The notes beneath the pieces are model-generated. The model searched no databases. It had not been told where the DNA came from and worked only from the letters and a program-made list of their open reading frames with translations. This document shows, piece by piece, positions 13,944 through 25,913 of a DNA stretch of 62,000 nt. The DNA is from Wallemia ichthyophaga EXF-994 (Eukaryota; Fungi; Basidiomycota): assembly GCF_000400465.1 (NCBI RefSeq), contig NW_008806290.1, positions 60,001 to 122,000 on the forward strand, written 5' to 3'. Position 1 is the first letter of the stretch. Each line of letters begins with the position of its first letter. The position numbers and the translations under genes are program-made.

Positions 13944-14667
13944 TCATCTTTTATTCCCCTTGAGCTTCTCGCTTACAAGCTCCTTGAAAGACGCGACTAC
14001 CTCATTCTCCCGCTTCATCTTATCCTCTGCAGCCTCTTTAACCATCTTACGCTTCTCTTCTGCGGTATAAACTTCATTCTCCTTCCTCACTCGAACTTCA
14101 TTCATACGCTTATGTCTATTACCAGACATTACGTAGCCTGCTTGCTCAAGCTTATCTATCTCACCGCTTTCAATTCCAATTTCTCCACGTCTTGGTATAC
14201 GCTGTCCATCTTGGACAAACTGTGCCATTGCGGTACCCTCTCCTCTAAGCATCTCCCTGCCAAAATCCTTATCGCTCAACTTAACCATGTCTTGTGGCAA
14301 GGGCATTGGGCCAATGTCCTCTATGCTATTGACTTGCTCTGTTTTCTCCACGTTTCTCTGTAACTTTCGATGTTTACGTTTTTCATCTCTGTCTTCTCTT
14401 TCTCTGCTTTTCCCTTTGTCTTTCCATCTTTCTTTCCCTTTCTTTCTGTCCTTATCATTCCTCTCTGTAGCGCTTTCGCTGTGGCTCCTTCTCTTCGCCG
14501 GCGGTGAGGCTGGCCAGATACTCAATTTTGTGTTTTTTCGATATTCTGCACGGCTATAAGGGGCGTGTTAGTATCACCACACAATACACTCCCCACACAC
14601 ACCTCTCTATCCACCGAGTACTCCCTGGTTCACCAGCGAATCGAGCTGGCTGTCTAACTTTGTACAT
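13944..14667 (-). CDS. NKAP: NKAP-family (NF-kappaB-activating protein C-terminal domain) splicing-associated protein, 2 exons
   Basis: GEGTAMAQFVQDGQRIPRRGEIG...GYVMSGNRHKRMNEVRVRKENEVYTAEEKR. Inferred first exon MYKVRQPARFAGEPGSTRWIE. Confidence 0.87.
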
Positions 14668-15004
14668 ATTCTGTGTTTGTTCTCTGTATTCTTTCTCTTA
14701 TTTCCCCTTTTAATCCAATTTTGTGAATTTTTTTCGACAGAATTGGTATAAATTGAACCAGCCATTATTCTTGCTTTCTTAATCCATCGCATCACATAGA
14801 GTTGTAATGTACTCGCTCCAAGCCGATTCATTGCGCTAAGTGACTGCGTAAATTGATGGTGGGATTTATCCCCGCTTTAAGGCTGCTCTTCCTGTCAATC
14901 TTGCTGGCTCTTGTGCCACTCAAGTAGGAATCTGCCTCTACATAAGTTTACTAATGTATTCTAATGTCTATCATATATACCTATACACCACAAATATCAT
15001 CTAA

Positions 15005-16237
15005 TTACTGCCTATTCTCCCAATGTGCTTTTCCCCATGTCGCTGCCACCAACATAGGGAAAACAAGCGTGGCATCTGCACTCACTTTTATTGACTCCGC
15101 TCCACTCCTTATCTTCCCCCATGATATGGCCTCATCAGGTCTAGCTCCTGCGTCTGATCCGTCGAATTCTTGGCCAGTATTGACATATACGGCGTAATCT
15201 GCCCCATTGCGCTGTAGTATTTTAGCAAGGGCTATCTAATCTAATCTCCAACCCACAAATAACATGGCATTGCACACTTGATGCTTGCATACACCACCAC
15301 CCAATATAATGATACCCGCCTTTTTAGACCTTACTGAAAGGTCATTGAGCCTTCTAATATCACCAACGAGATCGATATTCAGTCCTGGATTTTTGTATGA
15401 GTGAAAGTATATCATGTCTCCCAGTGAGCCATCTGTGAGTGCTGGACAGAAGACAGGAATGTCGTTCTTGTAAGCCCAGTAATACACACTCCGCTCATCG
15501 TTGATCTCCTTCCCCAGTCGGTGTATAACCTTGCTAGGTGTCCAACGTGTTTGTTCTGTATCTTGTTCCTCCCTCATCGCATCTAAAATGGGTACAACCC
15601 AATCCTCGAACCGACAATAAGCCTCATTTGGTACGAGGAGATTACCTATCCTGTTCATTCCCTTCTTGCGTAGATGAGCGCCATCAAGATTCCAGCCATC
15701 GCCGGTGGGTAAATAAGTACCAGGACCGAGGCATTTGATAAAGTCTTCTTCCACGCCGCCAGCAGTGGTGCACAGTACATTTACGTACTTATTCTTCACC
15801 AGGAACAGCATTATTTCTCTCAAACCACTTGAGATTAGATTAGATGTGTATCCGAGAAAGATATTCGCCGTGGTGTTCCTGCGCTCCTCTTCGGGTGTAT
15901 CATCGTCCTCAGCTCTATCTTCATCAGACAGCCTCCACGATCTCTGAGCTGTTTGTGAGAATGGTGGTGGGTAATGTAACAAGACATGCCATCTGGTTAA
16001 TCACTTCCACCGCCCTAGCCAGTCCCGTTGCTTGAAATCCTATAGTCTCGTACGCAGATAACAAACCCTGCAGAGACTGCGGCTGCTCAAAGTCAGGGCC
16101 TTGGACGAGCCTGGCTGAATCTGGGACTGGGTCTGATTTCACGAATACAGCTGCATTAGCTGTTGGTGTGTGTAAATATCTCTACCTTTATACATAGCCA
16201 CCTACTAACCTGCGTCTGTCTGATTGCAAGTGGACAT
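15005..16237 (-). CDS. DYS1: Deoxyhypusine synthase, multi-exon
   Basis: [65 protein letters not shown]. Confidence 0.95.
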
Positions 16238-16678
16238 TGATGACAGAATTAGTTGAAGCAGTGCATCTTTATAATTTACTAATGATTCTGTTAATTTAAT
16301 AGCATCACTATTATTTTATTAACAACACTATCATATAAATAGCCTTCTATTAAAAAATACTTGTTGACATTGTCCATTGACAGTCGCAGTACCTCGTTCA
16401 GTGTTTATCTCATACACGGTGACACACCCAAAGAAGCGATGAGTTGGAAGAAACGCAAAGCGAGCGGTGCAACGTCAGACGATGTAAGTTGAGTAATTTT
16501 GTTGAGTTTACCGCGTATCGCATATCCTTATCGCTGAGATGAATCGCAGGTATTTGAGAAACACAGCGATATACCTTACACTCCACCAATCACAAGCAAG
16601 CCTGTTAACTTGAATTTCAAGCAACACAAATTCACTGCCAGCACCGCCCACCCCAAGCCATCAAGTGGGAATAGCAAT

Positions 16679-18298
16679 ATGACGCGCTTTATTCGCCGTA
16701 GAGGGAGTTTTAAGGGTACAATACTCTTAGCGCTCACATTGCTTTTGCTATTTCTCTATAAAACACTTTCAAACACAACAATATCATCTGAGACACACCC
16801 ACCTAGCACACCTATGCTCATAACTAGCGGCGTACTCACCAAGGAAGATCCACGCTCTCTTCTCCATCGCCTTAATATCCTAACTGACAGAACAACGGTG
16901 CATTTCAATCGCCGCAACGACACAGCAGCTGACGTAGACGCAATCGTACATCTACGCCACAGAGCGGATAACTTACCGCTGATAGTAGCAAATCTGTGCT
17001 CAAATACTCTATCAGATGTTATACGCACTGTGACCGTGTACAATAACAACCCACTATCGACGGTGACACATGACGATATGGCCACGTCTCAATGCCCGCT
17101 GAGTAAGTTGAAAGTGGTGAATGATTACGATGACGGGGGTTTCGGTCAGATGGCGAGGTATGAATTGTGTGCAAGTGCAGATCCAGACTCACGCTACTGC
17201 TTCATTCAAGACGACAAGCACATCCTGCCGCCTTCTGTCATAAGGTCTATGCGCTTCTTACGCGATTTGGATCCTCATGGTTCGCCAATTGTTCCCGCTT
17301 CCAGCGAGGGTTATATACAGGCACGTTGGGAACACTGCCTGAACGCTCCTGATCTCAATATACACACATGCGCATATAGCATGGATCCTGGTGCACTTCT
17401 CTCGACGCGCGTGGCAGAGTCTTTCCTGCGCTATATGCAACAAGTTGGGGTAGATAATACGGTGGACACTGTGAGCATCGTTGACCGGGTAAACGGGGTA
17501 AATATGGTAGATGTGACGAATTCGGCATCGACAGACAGCTACTATAGCATCCTCTCTAACTCACACCCCTCATCCGTCATGGTCGTAGTCGTGCCCTCCT
17601 TGTGCGACTTGATGAGGAGCAGCGGTGAGGATGCGGCGGCAGTAATGACGAATGCAAAGGTTTACGGTGAATACGATGTGCTGCTAGACTCCTTAACGCA
17701 GCTTCCTTCACACTCATCATTCACTCAGGTGAAGGAAGATGGTGTGCACAAGCTAATGCATTCTGTAAAGGCTATTGGAGATAACGGACTAGTGCTTTTG
17801 AGCAATTTGCAGCTTCTGCCTTTTGTAGGTGCGCGCGATAGCTGGAATGGTACCACCCCTTTTGCGGAGTGGATTGAGTATCGTAGAAAGGAACTAGGCG
17901 AAGAGCGAAAAAAGCAAACGATCGAGAGCGGCTATGGAGCGATGCTTGATGGTAACTCAACCACTTACTTTAAATCTTTCGGCGCTGCTATGATGGCAGA
18001 CTTTGTTGGTTTTAAAGTGCCGAGTGGTGCACATTCACTCCATTTGGCTGTAGATTCTACCGCACTACTCGCACTACTCACAACACAGTACTCTCAAGAT
18101 GGCTTGTCGTACTTTTCTCTTGATCACTCTTTACATTGCCAGCCGGCTAAAATGCACACGATGCATGGCAACAGACTGTTTGAATGCTCAGTTCCACTCG
18201 TTCAAGGGTTTGAATTTGTCAGGTTTATCGTGACAGATGACGTTGACTTGTCAGTTGAATGGTCTATCAATGAAGCTTGGCTGGGGTGGAATGGATAG
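16679..18298 (+). CDS. Uncharacterised type II membrane protein, putative GT-A-fold glycosyltransferase with C-terminal discoidin/CBM-like region; single exon
   Basis: Basic N-tail plus one TM helix (GTILLALTLLLLFLY). AIVHLRHRADNLPLIVANLC...TVYNNNP and YCFIQDD (DxD-like). AMLDGNSTTYF near the C-terminus. Family assignment is by motif recall only. Confidence 0.55.
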   Translation: MTRFIRRRGSFKGTILLALTLLLLFLYKTLSNTTISSETHPPSTPMLITSGVLTKEDPRSLLHRLNILTDRTTVHFNRRNDTAADVDAIVHLRHRADNLPLIVANLCSNTLSDVIRTVTVYNNNPLSTVTHDDMATSQCPLSKLKVVNDYDDGGFGQMARYELCASADPDSRYCFIQDDKHILPPSVIRSMRFLRDLDPHGSPIVPASSEGYIQARWEHCLNAPDLNIHTCAYSMDPGALLSTRVAESFLRYMQQVGVDNTVDTVSIVDRVNGVNMVDVTNSASTDSYYSILSNSHPSSVMVVVVPSLCDLMRSSGEDAAAVMTNAKVYGEYDVLLDSLTQLPSHSSFTQVKEDGVHKLMHSVKAIGDNGLVLLSNLQLLPFVGARDSWNGTTPFAEWIEYRRKELGEERKKQTIESGYGAMLDGNSTTYFKSFGAAMMADFVGFKVPSGAHSLHLAVDSTALLALLTTQYSQDGLSYFSLDHSLHCQPAKMHTMHGNRLFECSVPLVQGFEFVRFIVTDDVDLSVEWSINEAWLGWNG

Positions 18299-18358
18299 AT
18301 GAAGATTTTCAGTTTTACTAATTCGGTGTACAACAACAATTTAATGTTTATATGATCT

Positions 18359-19184
18359 TTAATCCCAGAGTAACTGCACGCTATAATTCTTTGCATCGAC
18401 ATCCCAGAAATCCCACCCAACGGCATCATCACCTAGTTGGTCCTGTTGGTTAATATTAACGGTACCAGAGGGGACTCTAAAGGCGATAGTTTCATAAGGT
18501 TCAGCAGCGATAAGAAGATATTGATATGCAGCGTTAGGCATTTCCCTGCGCTGTTCGAAAGCGCTCATTAAGCGTCTACGTGGTTTTTCATTGTCTTTGA
18601 TTTGAGGAAGGTGGACGTGAAAAAGGAGTCCGACCTTGGTGGTTGCGGGTTCGTTACCATCAGCACCACCATCAGAACTACCAATAACCTGTTTAACCTT
18701 TGTCACTTTATAACCGGGTCTTCCAATTTTAACGAAATGTTTCTTAGGGGTGATAGTGTCAGGGCCAGGGACGCCGTTTGAATTTGTAGTGGACATGCTA
18801 AGCTCGTTCTCTTTGCTCTCCTTTGCAGCGCGTCTGGCTAGATTAGTTTGGTGCTTCTTTCCTTGGGTGTGAGCGAGATAAGAGCCTTCATTTGGGTGTA
18901 GTGTGAGGCACAGCTTGCATTCTATTGTACCTAAGTGGGTGCGCAGGATGTAAGGGTCCTTTGAGGTGTGATGAGTATATCAACCAATAATTCCAATCAA
19001 CCACCCACTTTACTCAAATCTATAGTCTCTAAGGCTAGCTTCCTCAGTCTCTCTCTTCTGTCGGCGTTGCTCTCAGCTTCTCCGTATATTCCACCACCAC
19101 CGAATTTTGAACCAACGCGATTTTGGTGGTCTAAGCTGAACGTTAGTGGGGTCCTGCTATTTAAATCAACATTGTCTAACCCAT
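18359..19184 (-). CDS. PRP11: Splicing factor 3A subunit 2 (SF3a66/Prp11/Sap62)
   Basis: Spliced start MDHQNRVGSKFGGGG, zinc-finger exon (IECKLCLTLH), KIGRPGYKVTKV, and MSAFEQRRE...YQYLLIAAEPYETIAF. Confidence 0.93.
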
Positions 19185-19240
19185 TTTATAGAAATATTTC
19201 TACAATTCACAGTCACGGTGGTTATTCAACAACAGCCATC

Positions 19241-20481
19241 ATGTAAGCAACGATAAGAAATTACATTAAAATTAAAATAACGTCATAAGGTCATTTTCTT
19301 ACTCAGATAAGGAGAATGTCTTGTGCTTTCATGGTCCGTTGCTTTATGAGGCTAAGGTGGGTGTATTGTGTGGTACAATTACGTATATTAATACATCCAG
19401 ATACTTGAAAGTGGCTTCAAGGATCTTCTATTCACAGGTGAACAAATCCCTTCTTACTTTGTACATTACAAAGGCTGGAAACAATCGTAAGACACGATGA
19501 GTTTGATTGGTTTACACACTCACAACCCACACGCAGTTGGGATGAATGGGTTCCTGAATCTCGTATGCACAAACTAACCCCTGATAATCGTCAGAAGCAG
19601 AAATCTCTAAAGGAAGCCATCTTGAAGAAGAAACAACCACAATCAAACACTCATTCCCATTCAATCCCCTCTAATAAGAGTAAAGGTAGACAATCTCAAC
19701 ACACTGATAACCCAAGGAAGCGTGGTAGAGATACTGAGGTTTGTTTGACGTTGCTGATTGACTTTTCACATCTGAGACATTCATCATCCACAGGATTCTT
19801 CCCTTGAATCTCAAAAACGTCCTGAAATTAAACTTGTTATACCAGATGAACTTAAGGTTACATTGGTCGATGACTGGGAGTTCATTACAAAGAATAATCA
19901 ACTTATTCCTCTCCCCCGTACTCCTAGCATTCAATCTATACTATCATCCTACAAATCGCACGCATCAAAGAATATTAAAGTTGCCGCTGGTCATCATAAA
20001 TCAAAGAAGATCGCCCTTATTGAGGAAGTTTTGAATGGTTTGGAGGTTTATTTCAATAGAGCAATCGCTTCGAACCTTCTCTATCGCTTTGAGAGACCTC
20101 AGTTTGTTAAAGTGAAAAAAGAGGCTGATGAAAGGCCACAAAACCATCAACTTAAACATATGACTTCTATTTATGGCGTTGAGCATCTACTAAGGCTGAT
20201 TGGTGGGTTTTAGTTAACTAAATTAAATAAACTAATCAAACACTTTCAGTAAACCTCCCCTCAATGCTCGCATACACATCAATTGATGCAGAAAGTGCGA
20301 CCATCCTTCATGAGACAGTACAGAATTTACTCGAGTAAGTTGTAGTGCTATTTCCACCACCAAAACTAACTCTAATCTCTCACAATTAAGCTGGATTATC
20401 GACAATAAGAAACAATTGTTCCTCCCCGAGTACGAGAACTCAAGCCCAAACTACCAAAATCGTGTCAACGCCGGTAGCTAA
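19241..20481 (+). CDS. EAF3: Chromodomain/MRG protein Eaf3 (MRG15), multi-exon
   Basis: VLCFHGPLLYEAK, YFVHYKGWK, WDEWVPESR, LVDDWEFITKNNQL, YFNRAIASNLLYRFERPQ, IYGVEHLLRL. Confidence 0.93.
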
Positions 20482-20623
20482 TCGTGGTAATTTAAAGTGC
20501 AAATATTTAAACCCTATGTAATATACACATAAATGTACTCAAATTAATTTTTTTATGTAACCTCGCTTCTGATTGGCGAGATCCACATCCCTCACGACTT
20601 GGACTCGGACAACTCTTCCAAAA

Positions 20624-21524
20624 ATGTCATTATTTCGTTTAGCCAATAGAGGTCAATTCACCGCTGCAGCGACTTCTACTACTAAAGCTAATGGCGTCCC
20701 TGCCGCTGTTCAGGGCTTGAACTTTGCCCAGACTTACGGAAACGCTGAGCACCACCACCACAGCGGCAGAGCGGATAGTCCAGCTAAGTTTGCCATGGTG
20801 AACGGTTACGCGTCTACTAAGACTGTTTTTAATTGTGGGTTGTACCTGCTTGTTGCCATCGTATCCAACACTCACATCCAACAGCACCAACACCTACCCG
20901 TAACTTCTCCACTTCCTCAAAAGCCTTAGAAACTACCCAAGTCCCTGATTTCTCCCCTTACAAAAGCAAAAGCTCAGGCAACAACAAAGCTTTCTCATAT
21001 TTGATGGTCGGCTCAATGGGTCTTTTAGCCTCAGCTGGCGCAAAGGCAACCGTCACTGACATCCTCTCCAACCTCTCTGCCTCGGCTGACGTCCTTGCCC
21101 TCGCAAAAGCTGAAGTCGATATATCGTCCATCCCAGAAGGCAAGAACGCCACCATCAAGTGGCGTGGTAAGCCTGTCTTCATCAGACACAGAACACAAAG
21201 CGAGATCCAAGAAGCTGACTCTGTCGCCATGAGCGAGTTGAGAGACCCACAGAACGATGCTGATAGATTCGAGACTCGCGAGTGGCTGGTCATGTTGGGT
21301 GTCTGCACTCACTTGGGTTGTGTCCCTATTGGCGAAGCTGGTGACTTTGGCGGTTGGTACTGCCCTTGTCACGGTAGCCATTACGATATCTCGGGTCGCG
21401 CTAGAAAAGGTCCCGCTCCTACTAACCTTGAGGTGAGCATTGGTGATTTATTATTTCATTCTCTGACGTACTTCCTCAGGTCCCTGTCTACTCCCTTGAT
21501 GACGGCAAGTTGACCATCGGTTAA
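20624..21524 (+). CDS. RIP1: Mitochondrial complex III Rieske iron-sulfur protein, 3 exons
   Basis: [24 protein letters not shown] and [15 protein letters not shown] (both 2Fe-2S ligand motifs), KGPAPTNLE. Confidence 0.97.
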
Positions 21525-21619
21525 GAATTCTAGGTATACACACTGATACTGACAAAATGTAAACTCATCTAAACATCTTATATAATTATCTTTCTTTATC
21601 TTTTTTTATCTTTTTATTA

Positions 21620-22730
21620 CAATACCTCGCGCAAACATTGCTGCCCAAAAGCTTTGTGATGTAGCTGAGTTCGTGAGGTGTAAGGGTGGCTTTAGTGTCC
21701 TACTGATTACCTTACGCTGCTCTCGATCTTATACATTTCCAATCAAAACAATTCTGCTCAACTCATCCCGCAAATGGTCGAGCAATGCAGGGATTTGTAT
21801 AATATCAACATTCAAATATCCAAAGCTGCTGAATCACTCCGATGTACCTTTAAAGCCACCATAGACACAGTATCGAATTACTTGATTTTCAAAGATACCA
21901 CCAGTCACAGCCATCTGATAAATGTGTGTACGCCGTCAGCCATGTGACTAGGAACGAGGGTAGCTGGTGTGTTTATAGGATGACAGTGTGATTTAAATAG
22001 GCTGCTCAATTTTAACAGATTCCTGCAGTACTATAAGTCATTTTATTGAATCAAATCTGCTGAAGGCACCCGGCAATTGACCAGGTTAGTGAATAGACAA
22101 ACGTAGAATCAACGTATACTGACAATTTGAACAATTTAGCAAGGACATCATTTATATGACATTTTCAGCATTACAAAAACTTCTTATTCAACCCCGCTCA
22201 ATATACACAATCTTTGTATCCTCGACTACCGCCTATCTTATCTCGGATGGCTGTGTTCCGAATTTTCATGATCTCCGAATAGAAAAGCTTCATGTACAGC
22301 CCAAAAAATTATAATACTTCGCCAGATTCATATCCCTGAGTTTTAATTCGCGCCCTGCAGGGTATTCGAAATCTACCATCCGTCATCGCTCTGAAGCGTT
22401 TTAGGACAGATATGGATGATTAAACGCTCTTTATCAATAAGTACACACATTTACATCTGATGGATAATACAATAATCCAGGAATGTTAAGTGTCATCCTT
22501 TTAGACACGATTTACAGTTTCTGAAAAGAAGCGTCCACAGGACTTAGTGCTGGCTCCAGGCAAAAACTATTGTCACACTGGAATGTCACAAGCCTAACAA
22601 ATTCATCTCATGCAACAAAAGGTCGGGCTCAGTCCAACTCTGAAATCAGGGATTTGGTTTCTGACCAGTGCATTTCGAAATTTGAAACAACGGGAGTGAG
22701 GTTGTGTTTAAGACTGCAATAGAATGTTAG
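21620..22730 (+). pseudogene. Possible decayed intron-containing gene of unknown identity
   Basis: Several stop-free 45-75 codon frames without ATG (e.g. LSILYISNQNNSAQLIPQMVEQCRDLYNINIQ..., KEASTGLSAGSRQKLLSHWNV...) and one intron-like gttagt...ctgac...tttag segment near 22085-22139. No domain recognised. Confidence 0.22.
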
Positions 22731-23686
22731 AAGTTAAAATTGTAGGAATTATAATTTAATACACCAAATCACACTCCCTGCATTGTGGCACATTTAGCTG
22801 GACGAGTTTAGAGCACCTTGATACATGGTTCATGAAAAGCACATCCAATTTATTGTCACACATTTAATCGCTACATAATTATTTCAGAGTCAGCCCAGTT
22901 GGTAATAGCAATGTTTCTATGAATTAATAGGTCATTAAACATGCTATTCTCTCCCGGGAAAAGGAAAGTACGATAAAAGAACCCCTAAGTGTATTGAAAC
23001 TTTATTCACGCTACCCAACACGATTATAGATGTAAAAATTTCAGAAATCAACGATGTCAACGCATACAACAATATCAAGAAGACAAATACGCTATATAGC
23101 TTACTCTCGTCATTTATTTTAAGGTCCCGTATTTCTGCTGGCTTTCTTCATCGTTGCTCCGGTTTTGTGGTCGGTTAGTCACTGATCGCAGGCCATTCAT
23201 GCTACATCCATCGGGGACCATCGTTGTATAACGTCGTGTACATTTACCTTACTAGCCAAAAAGCTTCTAGAAACCATTTTACTCCTGTATAATTGCTTTA
23301 TCATTTGCGGCGTGGAGATGGTCGAATTTGTTATCTAGTCTGGGTTATCTAAGTAGCCTATTGTATAATAGAAGCCATATTTGATGGAGTTGTACGATTC
23401 GTGTGATCTTAGTCAATTTGATCCGCTCTTCCTGGTTGCACAATCAATGAGTGAAAGGGGGGTTTCTAATCCCGCAATAGAATATCTCCAGTCCGTGAGC
23501 CAAGAAATAGACGCAATATGCCAATGGCACAATCATTTCGCCTGTAACTGCTACGTATCCATACTCTAAAAAATGATGGGAAGGAAGTATTTATTAGTTC
23601 TAACACATACTAAATATTTGTTTAAACATATGTTATGCAAATTAAAGGCAAGATTTCAGATGTATCATTAGTTACATTAACAATAG

Positions 23687-23750
23687 TGAGGAAAGGCATA
23701 GTTTAAATTACTTGCGAAGACGCGTGACACGCCAGCTACGCCTTTCCTCA
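23687..23750. other. Stem-loop inside the IR arm: tgaggaaaggcatag / ctacgcctttcctca (14 of 15 bp Watson-Crick, 34-nt loop); mirrored at 28314-28377
   Basis: Read directly. The loop contains the dyad gcgtg-a-cacgc (23722-23732) and the stem is followed by atgac-ca-gtcat (23750-23761). Confidence 0.75.
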
Positions 23751-24016
23751 TGACCAGTCATACACTAACTTCACTATTATCATTCGCGTTATCTGATTTT
23801 ACGCTGTATTGTACAATTCAATCCTCAACCCTACTACAGTCTAAAACTTGTACGAATTGCTAAATTGTAAAGTGTGATAGGTGGAGGTTCTACTTCAGTT
23901 ACACGGTAATAGGACCTTCTATTTTCGATGTTGACTCATTTATTTCCTATCTTAGTCTCCGGTCCCATCCAGACCTTCCCTTGTTTTAACTTCCGAGACA
24001 CTTAGACATTTCAGAC

Positions 24017-24023
24017 TATAAAA
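24017..24023 (+). promoter_or_regulatory. TATAAAA, possible core promoter in the IR arm pointing into the core (mirror 28041-28047, minus strand)
   Basis: Consensus TATA about 180 bp upstream of ATG 24205/24214. AT-rich context makes chance occurrence plausible. Confidence 0.25.
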
Positions 24024-25913
24024 GCCATGCTATTGATACAATGTATCTTAAATAATTACTCATGATTCTATCTGCTAGATTTGCTGCGAAAACCTTTGCT
24101 CAAGTACAAGTCTGAACCTTTACGGGTGCTTATCAAATTATGCAATGAAAGTAAATATTTATATGTTTATCATTAACATTCAAAAACGTATAAAAAAGAT
24201 ATATATGGTTGCAATGGCTGAAGAAATCAAGGTCGATAAAGCTGTAACATTATTAGAGAAATCCTCATTATATCTTTTTGTATTTGTAATTATTAAATTG
24301 AGATACATGAACTTGATTTGCAGCCGTCATTAAGATGATTCAAAACATTCTTACTCACAGGCTTAAAGGTGATTAAATCCTGGAAATTGAGTGGTAAATA
24401 TTTTCACGCGTTACCATTTCTAATTCTCATTTCTTGGCAAAGAATTAGAAGCCATTATCAATTTTTATGATGCTGTTGATACTTTGATATGGCATTGGTT
24501 TTCTGTTTTTCAATCCAACTTTGTTTCATGCGTGGATCCGTAAGTCAATTTGTGGATGCGTAGTGACGTTGTCTTCACGTTGAGAATTTGATACGTACTT
24601 ATTTGTTATGATTTGGACCCCAAGCACAGTTTTAGAAGCAAAAGAAGATTGCTCTTATTTATTATGCTCGCTGTGAGCAAACGGCTTGTTATGCTAACTT
24701 TTAGGTTTAGCAGAGCTAAACGGTATTATTAGATATTTTCCACGCTGAACCACTGTCTGTCAAAAAGTGTTTCGTATTGTTCAATGTTAAATTGATGTGA
24801 TTGCTAAGTTATTTTCGAAACAAAACAGCTGCTATAATTTTTTGGTTTTTATAAGTTTGAATACTGTTTTCTATTGTGTTAAATATTTTCAAAACTTTAA
24901 AAATTCACGTTCTCTCCTTAAAACATGATTCAATGTGAATAATATCAACCAACTGCAATCATGTGCGCGATAAAAAACTAATTTTGACTTAGATGTGTAG
25001 ATTCTTTTGTAGAGCTACAAAAAGGATCTCACTGTTTTTCGCACTTGTAGTGTCTCAATATTTAGATTTTCAAATGTTTTCGCAGCAAGCAAGTCATATT
25101 CCAGTTAAACCTCAAAGGTCATAGTATTTATCTCTAATTGAAAACTTTTACTGTCCTGCCTCGTTGAATTGCTTAAGGTCATATCACAGAATCCTGATCC
25201 ATCAAGACCTGAGAGGCGCATACGTCAACGACGGCCGATTTTTGTTAAGATTAGGTTTCTGCTTTCTATGTCATCTTTTAATAATAATATTCTAATAATT
25301 CTATGCTGGGTATTGATTATACGTTCTAGTTTGATACTGCTTTTGTTTCTACTAAGCTATGCATCAGTGTGAATAAATTATTGATAAAACTCTGCTGATT
25401 AGCCTCAAAAACTACAATTTGAATACGACTTCTAATATCGTAAGCTGGTCCTATCATTTATCTTTGCGACACTCATAGGTTTTGTTCATATGAAATATTT
25501 AGCTTAAGGCCCTATTTACACATGATTTTCACTATTAGTTTAAATCGTGACACCACATGTATTGCTTAAATCTAATGTGTGGAAGTTTTCTTATTTCATC
25601 GAGAAATTTCTGCCCCAATATTACTTTCACTATGCCGCAACATTATAGAAAAACTTTCAACATTTTATTGTTTGTTTTGAAGTCCCTTTTTGATGACAGA
25701 AAATTGATGGCTGATTTATAAGCCTCGATTTTTTGTGCTACAGTGGTCATCTCTTGTCCCCTTGATATGTTGATGTAATTATAGAAGAAATATTAATCGG
25801 AGAGGTTGGCATCTATTTAGCTCTGAGTGGTTTGTGGCTCTTTTTTTACTTGTTGCCCTTTACGGTACGTATGAGGTCTTTAGAGAGTCACCGCTTTTAC
25901 CCTACGATATTAC

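Larger units (their letters stand above)
23301..24267 (+). repeat. Left arm of 967-bp inverted repeat
   Basis: Reverse complement of 27797-28763 (position x pairs with 52064-x). No mismatch or indel found when comparing line by line by eye. ORFs 23381-23569 and 28495-28683 translate identically. Confidence 0.97.

Noticed and set aside
14700-15000. Small gene between NKAP and DYS1 (ORFs 14607-14831, 14964-15197)
   Set aside because: No conserved motifs or coherent splice structure; most likely DYS1 3' UTR and NKAP promoter or antisense shadow.
20624-20830. Long His-containing RIP1 presequence
   Set aside because: Extended Rieske targeting peptides are known in many eukaryotes; nothing clearly novel.
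23381-23569. 62-aa ORF (and identical copy 28495-28683) as a real duplicated gene
   Set aside because: TTG start, no recognisable domain or signal. Its identity just reflects the inverted repeat.
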